DNA of 26,764 nucleotides from Alphaproteobacteria bacterium (GTDB lineage Bacteria > Pseudomonadota > Alphaproteobacteria > Rickettsiales > UBA1997), in assembly GCA_016869775.1 (NCBI GenBank), contig VGDJ01000001.1:1-26764 (forward strand), given 5' to 3'. Shown here piece after piece: positions 1 through 7,789 of this stretch. The notes below the pieces were generated by a model, which was given only the letters and a program-made list of their open reading frames with translations, did not search any database and had not been told where the DNA came from. The translations under genes were made by a program, and so were the position numbers. How positions within the stretch are numbered: the first letter of the stretch is position 1; every line of letters begins with the position of its first letter.

Positions 1-154
1 CGACGCTCGTGATTTTTACCAGTCGCGCTAAAGCGACGACACGATTTTTGCAATAAAAATCTTTAAAAAATGAAGCTGTATGGATATACAGCTGGGGGCG
101 GTGTCGCTAAGTTAGGTGCGACTTTTTTATATCTTCGTTGAATTAGGTGCGACT
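1..154. repeat. Cluster of short GC-rich palindromes and repeats (REP-like), probably truncated by the window start
   Basis: GTCGC(22-26)-GCTAAA-GCGAC(33-37) hairpin; AGCTGTAT(74-81)-GGAT-ATACAGCT(86-93) perfect 8-bp stem; GTCGC(103-107)..GCGAC(118-122); direct repeat TTAGGTGCGACT at 112-123 and 143-154. The repeats are seen directly; the REP-like label is inference. Confidence 0.45.
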
Positions 155-307
155 AGAAAAAATAAAGCTTAATTTAAAAATCCTAGTTGGTTCATTTATT
201 AATGGAAGTGGGATAAGATACTCATCAAAGTAATAATCTTTTCTAAAATTTAGATCAAAAAAACCTCTAAAGAATTATTGCTTTGCTTGGAAATTTAAAA
301 GATTTTT

Positions 308-2896
308 TTAGCTAAAAAAATATTTGATTTCACTTTTCAAATCGTAATAAATTTTTTTCATCTCTTCAAACCAATTATTACTCAAATCGCCTTCTTTAAT
401 TTTAGTTTCAATCATTTTACAAAAATAATATAATCTATCAGCGCCAATATTAACTGCCGAACCTTTTACAGAGTGAATGTATGATAGAAGTATTTTTTTA
501 TCGTTAATTTCTATTGCTGAATGAATTTTATCCATAAAATCGTCTATATCTCTAATAAACATTTGCAAAATAGCGCTCTGCTTTTCGCGATCAAAGTGAT
601 TTCCTAAAATTAATTGATTAAGATTAACAATCTCACTTGTTTCACTTCTTACTACTTTAGTGTAGTCTACCTTATTTATTTTGACGGGTTTTTTAATCAA
701 ATAGATGCTAATTATTTTAATAAGTAATTCTGGATTTGAACCTTTGATAAAATAATCAGTTAGACGGCAATTAAAATAATTACGAATATCATTTAAAGAA
801 CCATTTCCGGTTAGAGCAATAATTGGAATTTCATCATGATAACCAATTTTGTAAGAAGCTTCAATTTCTCTAACTTTAAGACTACATTCATCTCCACCAA
901 CGTAAGGCATACTTATATCGGTTAATATAATGTCAAAATAAGAATTACCTTCATTATCAAGACTTTGTTTGTAAATATTAATCATCTCGATACCGTCGCT
1001 TGCTTCAACAACAAATGCACCACACAATTCTAGATGCCTCTTAATTAAAACTCGGTTAATTGGCTGATCATCTGCCACAAGAATTTTTTTATTAATGAGT
1101 ATTTTACTATATTCATCTTTATCGCCGACATATTTTATATCATCATCGAAATCAACAAACCACTTGGTTATGCTTCGATAAAATATTCTTTCAAGAGATG
1201 ATTTACTTAAATAACCGCTAAAATTATTCAAAGCATTCTCAGTCAAAATTAATTTGTTAAATGTATCTTTATCAAGGGAAGTTAATGCAATAATTGGAAC
1301 CTCTTGATTAAATTCACGAATTTTTTTACTGGCTTGGATACCATCAATTTCAGGCATTTGAATATCCATTAAAACTAAATCGTAACCATTGTTATTGATA
1401 AATTTATCAATCGCTTCTTGACCTCCCCTAGCAACATCGCACTTAATTTTTGATAAATTCTTGTTAATTCTTGCCTGACCGGTAAGTAGATTTATAAGTT
1501 GATCATCAACCAAAAGAATTTTTTTCTCACCGCGCTCAATTTGAACTCTTGCAATATCTTCTTGCGCTAAATGAGGAAATAGTAATGAAAATTTTGTCCA
1601 TTTACCAAATTCAGATTCACAAATAATATCTCCACCAAACATCAACATATTTCGTTTACAAAATGCTAATCCTAGACCAGTTCCATCAATTTTACCTGAG
1701 GTATAAAAATCATCAAATAATCGAGAAATAGAATTTGCAGGAATTCCTGGGCCATTATCTAGGATATAAACTGAGTTATAATCAACTCCATCAAAAAGCC
1801 TTTTTTCGATACCTATGTTGATGATAAAATCATCTGATTTATTGTAATAAAGAGCATTTTTTAATAAATTAAAAATGATGTAATTAAACCTTTCAGGCAC
1901 AATTTTTAAAAATATACTGCTATCATTACTGTAGTGATATTTAATTTTTTTCTTCTCATCTTCATTTTTATAAACATATTTTTCTAAAATCTCTGGCAAA
2001 ATATTATCTGGATTTAAATATTTTATTTCATGCGGATATATTTGTTTTTCACTTAAATCATTAAGAATAATATTAATTATGTTATTGGCGTTATTAATTG
2101 ATTCACTGATTTTCTGAGTCAGATTTTGGATGTTTGCTGTACCCAATAGGTTTTGATTTATCGAACCAGCGCATGGCTCTATTTGGTTATTTTTTTGTAT
2201 TTTTGTAGCCGTGTCTTTTATTTCCAATCCAATTAGATTTATAGCATTAAGGGGGTTTTTAAGCTCATGAGCAATTGAGCCAGCAAGAGATTTAAATATT
2301 TTTGCTCTTTCTTGCGATGCTAGACCTTTTGCATTACTATAACTAAAAATAAGTCCTGCCATTATCGCAAAAATAAAAGTAAAAACATATAGCAGAAAAT
2401 CCAATTGGGCATTGTAGGAAAATACTAAGGGATCAAAAATCGCTCCCCCGAATAAAAAGCTATGACAAAACAATGATAATAAAATTCCAACAAGCAAATC
2501 AAAAGTAAACATTAACCAATGTGGAACAAACATCATTAATAAAAATATCATGATTACCTCCCACAAAAACCAAGTTTTCACAAAAGAATTATTTAGGGCC
2601 GTTAAGGTGATTAAAAAAGGGAGATTATATATAAGCATGAAGTGCCAATAAAAGGAAAAAAATGGCTTTATTTTTTTTGGCCATTTATTTTTCGTGAGAA
2701 GAATTAAACAAATAATTCCACCCCAAACTTTCAAAGTTATGCTGTCCCAAGGCATTTTAAATAAATAGATGTGCAACACAGCAAACAATTGGTGTCCAAA
2801 CGATCCAATTACTGCTGCTGACCTTAAATTGAAGTCATTAATGGATGTACCTTTATTAAAAGCTTCCCTGATGTATTGCTTTAGATTAAATTTCAA
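308..2896 (-). CDS. Hybrid sensor histidine kinase, CqsS/LqsS-like membrane sensor + HisKA + HATPase + REC + REC + Hpt (receptor 1)
   Basis: About 190-aa hydrophobic N-terminus; H-box SIAHELKNPL; N-box NLLKNALYY; G-boxes DNGPGI and GTGLGLAFC; REC1 LLVDD..LMDIQMP; REC2 LVADD..LTDISMP; Hpt IHSVKGSAVNIGA. TTG start. The CqsS likeness rests on recalled motifs (YNLPF, W..E-IMIFL, KNALYY, CESEFGKWTKF). Confidence 0.9.
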   Translation of the reverse strand: MKFNLKQYIREAFNKGTSINDFNLRSAAVIGSFGHQLFAVLHIYLFKMPWDSITLKVWGGIICLILLTKNKWPKKIKPFFSFYWHFMLIYNLPFLITLTALNNSFVKTWFLWEVIMIFLLMMFVPHWLMFTFDLLVGILLSLFCHSFLFGGAIFDPLVFSYNAQLDFLLYVFTFIFAIMAGLIFSYSNAKGLASQERAKIFKSLAGSIAHELKNPLNAINLIGLEIKDTATKIQKNNQIEPCAGSINQNLLGTANIQNLTQKISESINNANNIINIILNDLSEKQIYPHEIKYLNPDNILPEILEKYVYKNEDEKKKIKYHYSNDSSIFLKIVPERFNYIIFNLLKNALYYNKSDDFIINIGIEKRLFDGVDYNSVYILDNGPGIPANSISRLFDDFYTSGKIDGTGLGLAFCKRNMLMFGGDIICESEFGKWTKFSLLFPHLAQEDIARVQIERGEKKILLVDDQLINLLTGQARINKNLSKIKCDVARGGQEAIDKFINNNGYDLVLMDIQMPEIDGIQASKKIREFNQEVPIIALTSLDKDTFNKLILTENALNNFSGYLSKSSLERIFYRSITKWFVDFDDDIKYVGDKDEYSKILINKKILVADDQPINRVLIKRHLELCGAFVVEASDGIEMINIYKQSLDNEGNSYFDIILTDISMPYVGGDECSLKVREIEASYKIGYHDEIPIIALTGNGSLNDIRNYFNCRLTDYFIKGSNPELLIKIISIYLIKKPVKINKVDYTKVVRSETSEIVNLNQLILGNHFDREKQSAILQMFIRDIDDFMDKIHSAIEINDKKILLSYIHSVKGSAVNIGADRLYYFCKMIETKIKEGDLSNNWFEEMKKIYYDLKSEIKYFFS

Positions 2897-2940
2897 ATTT
2901 AAATTTATTTATTTTTAGATAATTTTTTTATTAATACAGG

Positions 2941-2955
2941 TTGTGGTAACCGCAA
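2941..2955. promoter_or_regulatory. Quasi-palindrome in the divergent promoter region, possible regulator binding site
   Basis: TTGTGGTAACCGCAA has 6 of 7 positions paired around a central A. It is a GC-rich spot in a very AT-rich 370-bp intergenic region, 45-60 bp upstream of receptor 1. Confidence 0.25.
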
Positions 2956-3273
2956 ATTCGTTTTACTTTTTTTTTATTTATAGTCTAAACATCGTTGATA
3001 AAAATATTTTGAGTTCATGACAAATCAATATCAACTTAAATTAATTTTAAAAATGAATAACAAAAAAAATATATTAAATTTTACAACTAGTTTATCTATC
3101 ATTCATTTCAATAATTCATTTTATAACAAATTTTGTAGATTAAAATGATCATCTCATATTTTCTTATTAAGAAATATATTTTTTATGCTTACAAACTGAC
3201 AATCTTATTTATATTTTTAATTAAGTTTTGTAGTAAAATAAAAAAGTAATAACTGAATTATTATTTGTTAAAC

Positions 3274-4461
3274 ATGACAGAAAAAAATCTTGAATTAAAA
3301 CACTATATTTCACCGGATGAAATAAGAGATAGCTTACCCAAAAGTGGCGGTATGGGTTTTTTATTTCATTCTACAGATTGGAAAACCCTTTCATTCGCTT
3401 ATAATAATGTTAAAAATAGAAGTCCATCTTTTGAAATGGAGCTCTGGAACACCCCACCATTTATAGCTTCCAAAATGTATGTTGGTAATGAATTTATTGG
3501 CGTTAACATAGCAATGCCCGTTCCAATCGATATGTGGATAGGAAGTTCTGGTGGCCTCAGAGAGTTTCGTAAAAAACAATTTTTTCCTGCACTTGAACTT
3601 GCTGCAAAATGTAATTTAAAAATGGTAGCAATTGGCGCATCCACTCCATATGTATGCAATTACGGCAAGCTTCCGAGACCGTTAGCAAATCCATTTATAA
3701 CAACTGGCCACGCTGCAACTGTCGCAACATTAAAGAAATGGGCAGTTTATGCCGCAAAAAAAACAAATTGTGATTACAAAAAGATAAAGTTAGCAATATT
3801 TGGGGCCGCAGGGAGACTTGGAAAAGCAGTTAGCCAATTTATTGCATACTCTGAAGCTCCGCAAGAAATAATCCTAGTTGATCTATACAACAAGATGGCC
3901 TTACTAAAAACACAAGCTCAAGAGATGAAAAAAATAACCAAACGCAATGATTTAAAGATTTCCACTTATTGTTATGAGGCTTCAACTTTAATGCCAAGAT
4001 TTGATGGTGCAATTTTAGTAAGTAATAACAGCGTTCCTTATCTGACAAAAAATGACTTAAAAAAAGCAAAATTTTGGATTGATGATTCTCACCCCCGGGC
4101 TGCAAGCCTTGAGGCCGAACTCGGATCAAGAAATGATACTCTTTATATCGAATGTTATGCAAAAGGACCAGAAGGTTTTAATACAAACTTTCCTTTTAGA
4201 CTTCCGACAATTCAGGATTGTTATACTTGCTGTGCAGAAGGCTACGTTTCTTGGAAGGAAGGGATTAATGAAGATTTTGTTACTGGTATACCAGATGTTA
4301 AAAAGGTTGATCTCGTCGATAAATTGCTTGATAAGTATAATTTTCAACTTGGGCCATTCTCTGGAAAAAATGGCGATCTAATTCTTAAAATTCCAATACA
4401 GAAAAAAATTTTACAACCTACCCAAATCGAGGTCGAAGCTTTCGGCGATATGATCGACTAA
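3274..4461 (+). CDS. Acyl-ACP reductase-like NAD(P)-dependent oxidoreductase (COG5322 / cyanobacterial AAR-like)
   Basis: GFLFH N-terminal motif; VAIGAST; ITTGHAAT (AAR TTGNTHT); Rossmann IFGAAGRLGKAV (AAR VVGATGDIGSAV); DDSHPR; YTCCAEG matches the AAR catalytic-Cys motif FACFAE. ATG at 3274 preferred to the TTG at 3265. Confidence 0.7.
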   Translation: MTEKNLELKHYISPDEIRDSLPKSGGMGFLFHSTDWKTLSFAYNNVKNRSPSFEMELWNTPPFIASKMYVGNEFIGVNIAMPVPIDMWIGSSGGLREFRKKQFFPALELAAKCNLKMVAIGASTPYVCNYGKLPRPLANPFITTGHAATVATLKKWAVYAAKKTNCDYKKIKLAIFGAAGRLGKAVSQFIAYSEAPQEIILVDLYNKMALLKTQAQEMKKITKRNDLKISTYCYEASTLMPRFDGAILVSNNSVPYLTKNDLKKAKFWIDDSHPRAASLEAELGSRNDTLYIECYAKGPEGFNTNFPFRLPTIQDCYTCCAEGYVSWKEGINEDFVTGIPDVKKVDLVDKLLDKYNFQLGPFSGKNGDLILKIPIQKKILQPTQIEVEAFGDMID

Positions 4462-5463
4462 CTTTTCATTTACTTTTCCACTTACTGCTTTAAGTGCTTC
4501 TTCTCTGGTCATAAAACCCTCTCTAACATCTCTAGCAAGTGGAATAATATAAGGATGAAGATTGTATTTCTTCTGATGAATTGCAATACCAAGAGAATTT
4601 AGCTGACAATTAGTTGAACAAGAATCTGTGCTTTTTGTTCTTCGCCAATCTAGCTCTCTTTCAATCGTTTCATAAACTTCATGCTCATTGTACTTGTTAT
4701 ATTCAAAAAAAGGAACGAGATTCATTCTAGCAATTTTTAATTTTTTCCACAAAGAAATATCCAGAGCATTTATTGCATCTTTTTTTCCGAGAGTTTTTAA
4801 AAGATTTATCATTGGCGCAATCATATGTTTGTCAACATCCACTAAACCATTGAATTTTGATTTAAGATCATATTTCTTTTGCCTTAATTGACCTGGTGTG
4901 GTCCCAACCACAACATTTGGAATATTTTTTTCGGAGGCTAATTTAAAGGAATGTAAAGCAATTTGAGTAAAACACGGCCAACATGCGTGACCGATCATAA
5001 ACGCTAATTCTTTTGATCTTTTATGAATTCCAGAGTTTTGAAAACTTGCATTAAAAATTGTTTTATTGAGATTCCACGAAGGTTTGTAAACAATGTGATC
5101 AACATTAATTTTTTTCAAAACCCTATCAATATTTGCATAGGTTTCAGGTGGTATAAAGTGGTTATCAAAGGTGAAGGCCAGAACTCTTAATTTATAATGG
5201 TTGGCTAGCTTGTATAGCATATAAGTACTGTCTTTGCCACCGCTATATAGAACCATACAATCATAAGGATGCTTGCTACCAACTTTTAGTGTTGAGATCA
5301 TTTTCTTTTCAAGAGCTTGATAGTCTCGATCGAGATATTTTTTTTCTTCGTCATATTCATGACAAAAATTACAAACACCATTGCTATCGAATTTAATATT
5401 TGGAACCTGAGATGTTAAGATACACCTCGTACAAGTTTGAATTTTTTCTGATGAATTTACCAT
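4411..5463 (-). CDS. PP-loop adenine-nucleotide alpha-hydrolase (AANH), 'N-acetyl sugar amidotransferase' (WbuX-like) family
   Basis: N-terminal CTRC..CNFC metal site; PP-loop YDCMVLYSGGKDSTY; FTFDN; central CWPC; C-terminal DSCSTNCQLN and VREGFMTREEAL. Confidence 0.8.
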   Translation of the reverse strand: MVNSSEKIQTCTRCILTSQVPNIKFDSNGVCNFCHEYDEEKKYLDRDYQALEKKMISTLKVGSKHPYDCMVLYSGGKDSTYMLYKLANHYKLRVLAFTFDNHFIPPETYANIDRVLKKINVDHIVYKPSWNLNKTIFNASFQNSGIHKRSKELAFMIGHACWPCFTQIALHSFKLASEKNIPNVVVGTTPGQLRQKKYDLKSKFNGLVDVDKHMIAPMINLLKTLGKKDAINALDISLWKKLKIARMNLVPFFEYNKYNEHEVYETIERELDWRRTKSTDSCSTNCQLNSLGIAIHQKKYNLHPYIIPLARDVREGFMTREEALKAVSGKVNEKLVDHIAESFDLDLGRL

Positions 5464-5646
5464 AAATTAATTGGGAATTGATAAGTTTTATTAAAATTTG
5501 AACACCGTTAAAATAATGTATTTTAAAATGAGTTATAGAATAATATTTTTTTTAATATGTATTATTAGTTGTTGTTTATTTTTGGAGCAATTTATAACAA
5601 ATTTATTAATATAAAATTTGCTTCACAAGATCTTAAAAATCCTTTT

Positions 5647-5672
5647 AAAAAAATTAATCAAAAAAATTAATC
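5647..5672. repeat. 13-bp tandem duplication
   Basis: AAAAAAATTAATC twice, head to tail. Confidence 0.7.
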
Positions 5673-5736
5673 AAATGCTAATGAAAAAAATAAATAGTAA
5701 AATTTTTAAAAACCCCCGCGTTTTATTTCCTTTTTT

Positions 5737-5922
5737 ATGGCGCTCATAATGGCTTTCATTATGTCTGGAGTCTTGACTTTTATCAATGTGGGCATGATCG
5801 AAGGCTTCTTATTTAGATGGCTTAAATCATTTTTTTATGGATTGCTGATTGCTTTTCCAACCGCTTTTTTTGTTGCCCCCTTGGTGAATAAAATTGTTCA
5901 AAAAATTATCTCCAAAACTTAA
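5737..5922 (+). CDS. DUF2798-family small membrane protein; true start may be ATG 5681 in another frame
   Basis: MALIMAFIMSGVLTFINVG..FLFRWLKSF..AFPTAFFVAPLV resembles DUF2798. ATG 5681 reads MKKINSKIFKNPRVLFPF and would join this ORF if the T6 run at 5731-5736 had one more T. Confidence 0.65.
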   Translation: MALIMAFIMSGVLTFINVGMIEGFLFRWLKSFFYGLLIAFPTAFFVAPLVNKIVQKIISKT

Positions 5923-5925
5923 CTA

Positions 5926-5949
5926 AATCTAAAATTTAATCTAAAATTT
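5926..5949. repeat. 12-bp tandem duplication
   Basis: AATCTAAAATTT twice, between the DUF2798 gene and regB. Confidence 0.7.
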
Positions 5950-5978
5950 TCATAATTTTTTAAAAAATTTAATAACCA

Positions 5979-7232
5979 ATGATGATTAGCTTTTCAACAA
6001 TAAGTGTTAATAAAGGAAATCTAAAACTCCTCATAATTCTTCGAATAATTGCCATTTTTTCACAAATTGCGACTATTGGATTTGTATATTTTTTATTAAA
6101 AATAACTTTACCAATATTACCAATGATTTTAGCGATTGGATTTTTAGCGATCGTTAATATCCGCGCCTATTTTAAATTCAAAAAAAATATCATTACTGAT
6201 AAAGGTTTATTTTTGGAATTATTGTTTGATGTATGTATTTTTGCCCTACAAATTTATTTGAGCGGAGGAGCATCAAATCCATTTATCTCACTTTTTTTAA
6301 TTCAGATAATAATAGCGATAATCTTGCTAAGACCTTTATTTTATTGGCTTATTGCAATAATATCTGTAATTTTTTATGTTCTTTTGGGTAAATTTTATTA
6401 TCGTAATATTGACCTTCAAACACATAACCATCATCAAGGTGATTTTAGTTTACACCTTCAGGGCATGCTTTTTAGCTATCTAATCTTGGCAATTTTGTTA
6501 ATAATTTTTATTGGAAAAATTATTCGCAATATTCAACTTGAACAACAAAAAATTTATACCCTCCAACAACAATCACTTCAAGAAAAACATCTTGTAGAAA
6601 TGGGTTTATTTGCTACAAATTCAGCCCATAATTTAAGCACTCCCTTATCCACAATATTGTTGTCAATTAATCATTTAAAAGAGAATTTAAATTATAAAAA
6701 ATTTGACGATGATTTTAAATTAATCGAAAAACAAATCTTTCGGTGTAAAAATATTATCTCGGATATTTTGAATTATTCAGGCGCCCAGAGACTTGAAAAC
6801 TCAGAATCCTTAAATCTTCGTCAATCTTCAATTCAATTAATAGAAAATTGGCATAGTCATTCGCTTGTTAAAAATTTGCACATTAATTATTTTGGCGATT
6901 CTAAAATCAATTTTTCATTCGATAAAACCTTAGCAAATGCAATTTATAATATACTTGATAACTCTTTTGAGTCATACATAAATGAGATTATAATAACAAT
7001 TTACAACGATCAAAAAAATATAATTTTTAGTATTATTGATGATGGTAAGGGTTTTGAAAAACGAATTTTAAAAAAACTTGGGCAAAAAAATATTTCTACT
7101 AAAAATAGTAATGGTTTGGGAATTTATTTAACCATCAATACTTTAGAAAAAATTGGCGGAAATTTTATTGCTCTAAACCTTAAAGATAAAGGCTCTATGG
7201 CTAAAATAATTATTCCAATTAACCATGATTGA
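5979..7232 (+). CDS. regB: RegB/PrrB/RoxS-family redox-sensing histidine kinase
   Basis: Multi-TM N-terminus with quinone-binding SGGASNPF motif; FSLHLQGM; H-box variant AHNLSTPL; redox Cys QIFRCK; DDGKGF and NGLGIYL ATPase boxes. Confidence 0.85.
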   Translation: MMISFSTISVNKGNLKLLIILRIIAIFSQIATIGFVYFLLKITLPILPMILAIGFLAIVNIRAYFKFKKNIITDKGLFLELLFDVCIFALQIYLSGGASNPFISLFLIQIIIAIILLRPLFYWLIAIISVIFYVLLGKFYYRNIDLQTHNHHQGDFSLHLQGMLFSYLILAILLIIFIGKIIRNIQLEQQKIYTLQQQSLQEKHLVEMGLFATNSAHNLSTPLSTILLSINHLKENLNYKKFDDDFKLIEKQIFRCKNIISDILNYSGAQRLENSESLNLRQSSIQLIENWHSHSLVKNLHINYFGDSKINFSFDKTLANAIYNILDNSFESYINEIIITIYNDQKNIIFSIIDDGKGFEKRILKKLGQKNISTKNSNGLGIYLTINTLEKIGGNFIALNLKDKGSMAKIIIPINHD

Positions 7233-7773
7233 CAACAATAAAATTTTAATAGTTGAAGATGATTTGGATTTGGCAAATATTTTAAAAAAATCTTTCCAAA
7301 AAATTAATTTTGAGGTTGAGATAATCGACAATTTTAATCAATGCGAAAAAATTCTAAATAATTTTAATCCAAATTTTGCTTTGGTTGATTTAAAAATTAA
7401 TGGGCAATCGGGTTTAGAGGTTATTAAATTGATCAGTAGCTATAATTCATCAACTAAAATTGTAGTTTTGACGGGTTTTGCAAGTATAACAACTACTATA
7501 TCTGCCATAAAATCTGGGGCATGTTATTATTTAGCAAAACCAGCTACTTTTGAGATGATAACTAGTGCATTTGAAATTTATTGCGACTTGCCGAAAAATA
7601 ATTATACAAAAGCAATTTTTGGTAAAAAAACATCAATTAAAAATATCGAATGGGAACACATCAACACCATTTTAGAAGAAAATAATTTTAATATTTCTAA
7701 AACTGCCAAATCATTAAATATGCATCGCAGGACATTAGTTCGTAAATTACAAAAAAGTGTAATAAAAAATTAA
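7225..7773 (+). CDS. regA: RegA/PrrA/RoxR-family response regulator
   Basis: REC (LIVEDD, LVDLK, LTGFASITT, YLAKP) plus Fis-type HTH EWEHI..NISKTAKSLNMHRRTL. Overlaps the regB stop. Confidence 0.9.
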   Translation: MIDNNKILIVEDDLDLANILKKSFQKINFEVEIIDNFNQCEKILNNFNPNFALVDLKINGQSGLEVIKLISSYNSSTKIVVLTGFASITTTISAIKSGACYYLAKPATFEMITSAFEIYCDLPKNNYTKAIFGKKTSIKNIEWEHINTILEENNFNISKTAKSLNMHRRTLVRKLQKSVIKN

Positions 7774-7789
7774 TATTCTAGAAAGTATT

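Noticed and set aside
103-154. GTTAGGT (111-117) as an integron attC core site
   Set aside because: It fits GTTRRRY, but I found no matching RYYYAAC arm, cassette structure or integrase.
1-154. GCGAC/GTCGC half-sites as RegA/PrrA boxes, or the repeats as a CRISPR array
   Set aside because: Half-sites are in GTCGC..GCGAC order rather than GCGRC-N5-GTCGC and lie downstream of a gene; repeats are too short and few, with no regular spacers or cas genes.
3391-4891. Short alternative-frame ORFs (3391-3579, 3399-3659, 3839-4162, 4079-4381, 4126-4347, 4688-4891)
   Set aside because: They lie inside two well-supported genes and show no motifs; shadow ORFs.
3274-5463. Reading the enzyme pair as an alkane pathway or an O-antigen locus
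   Set aside because: No aldehyde-deformylating oxygenase, glycosyltransferase, sugar-nucleotide enzyme or HisH/HisF partner is present in the window.
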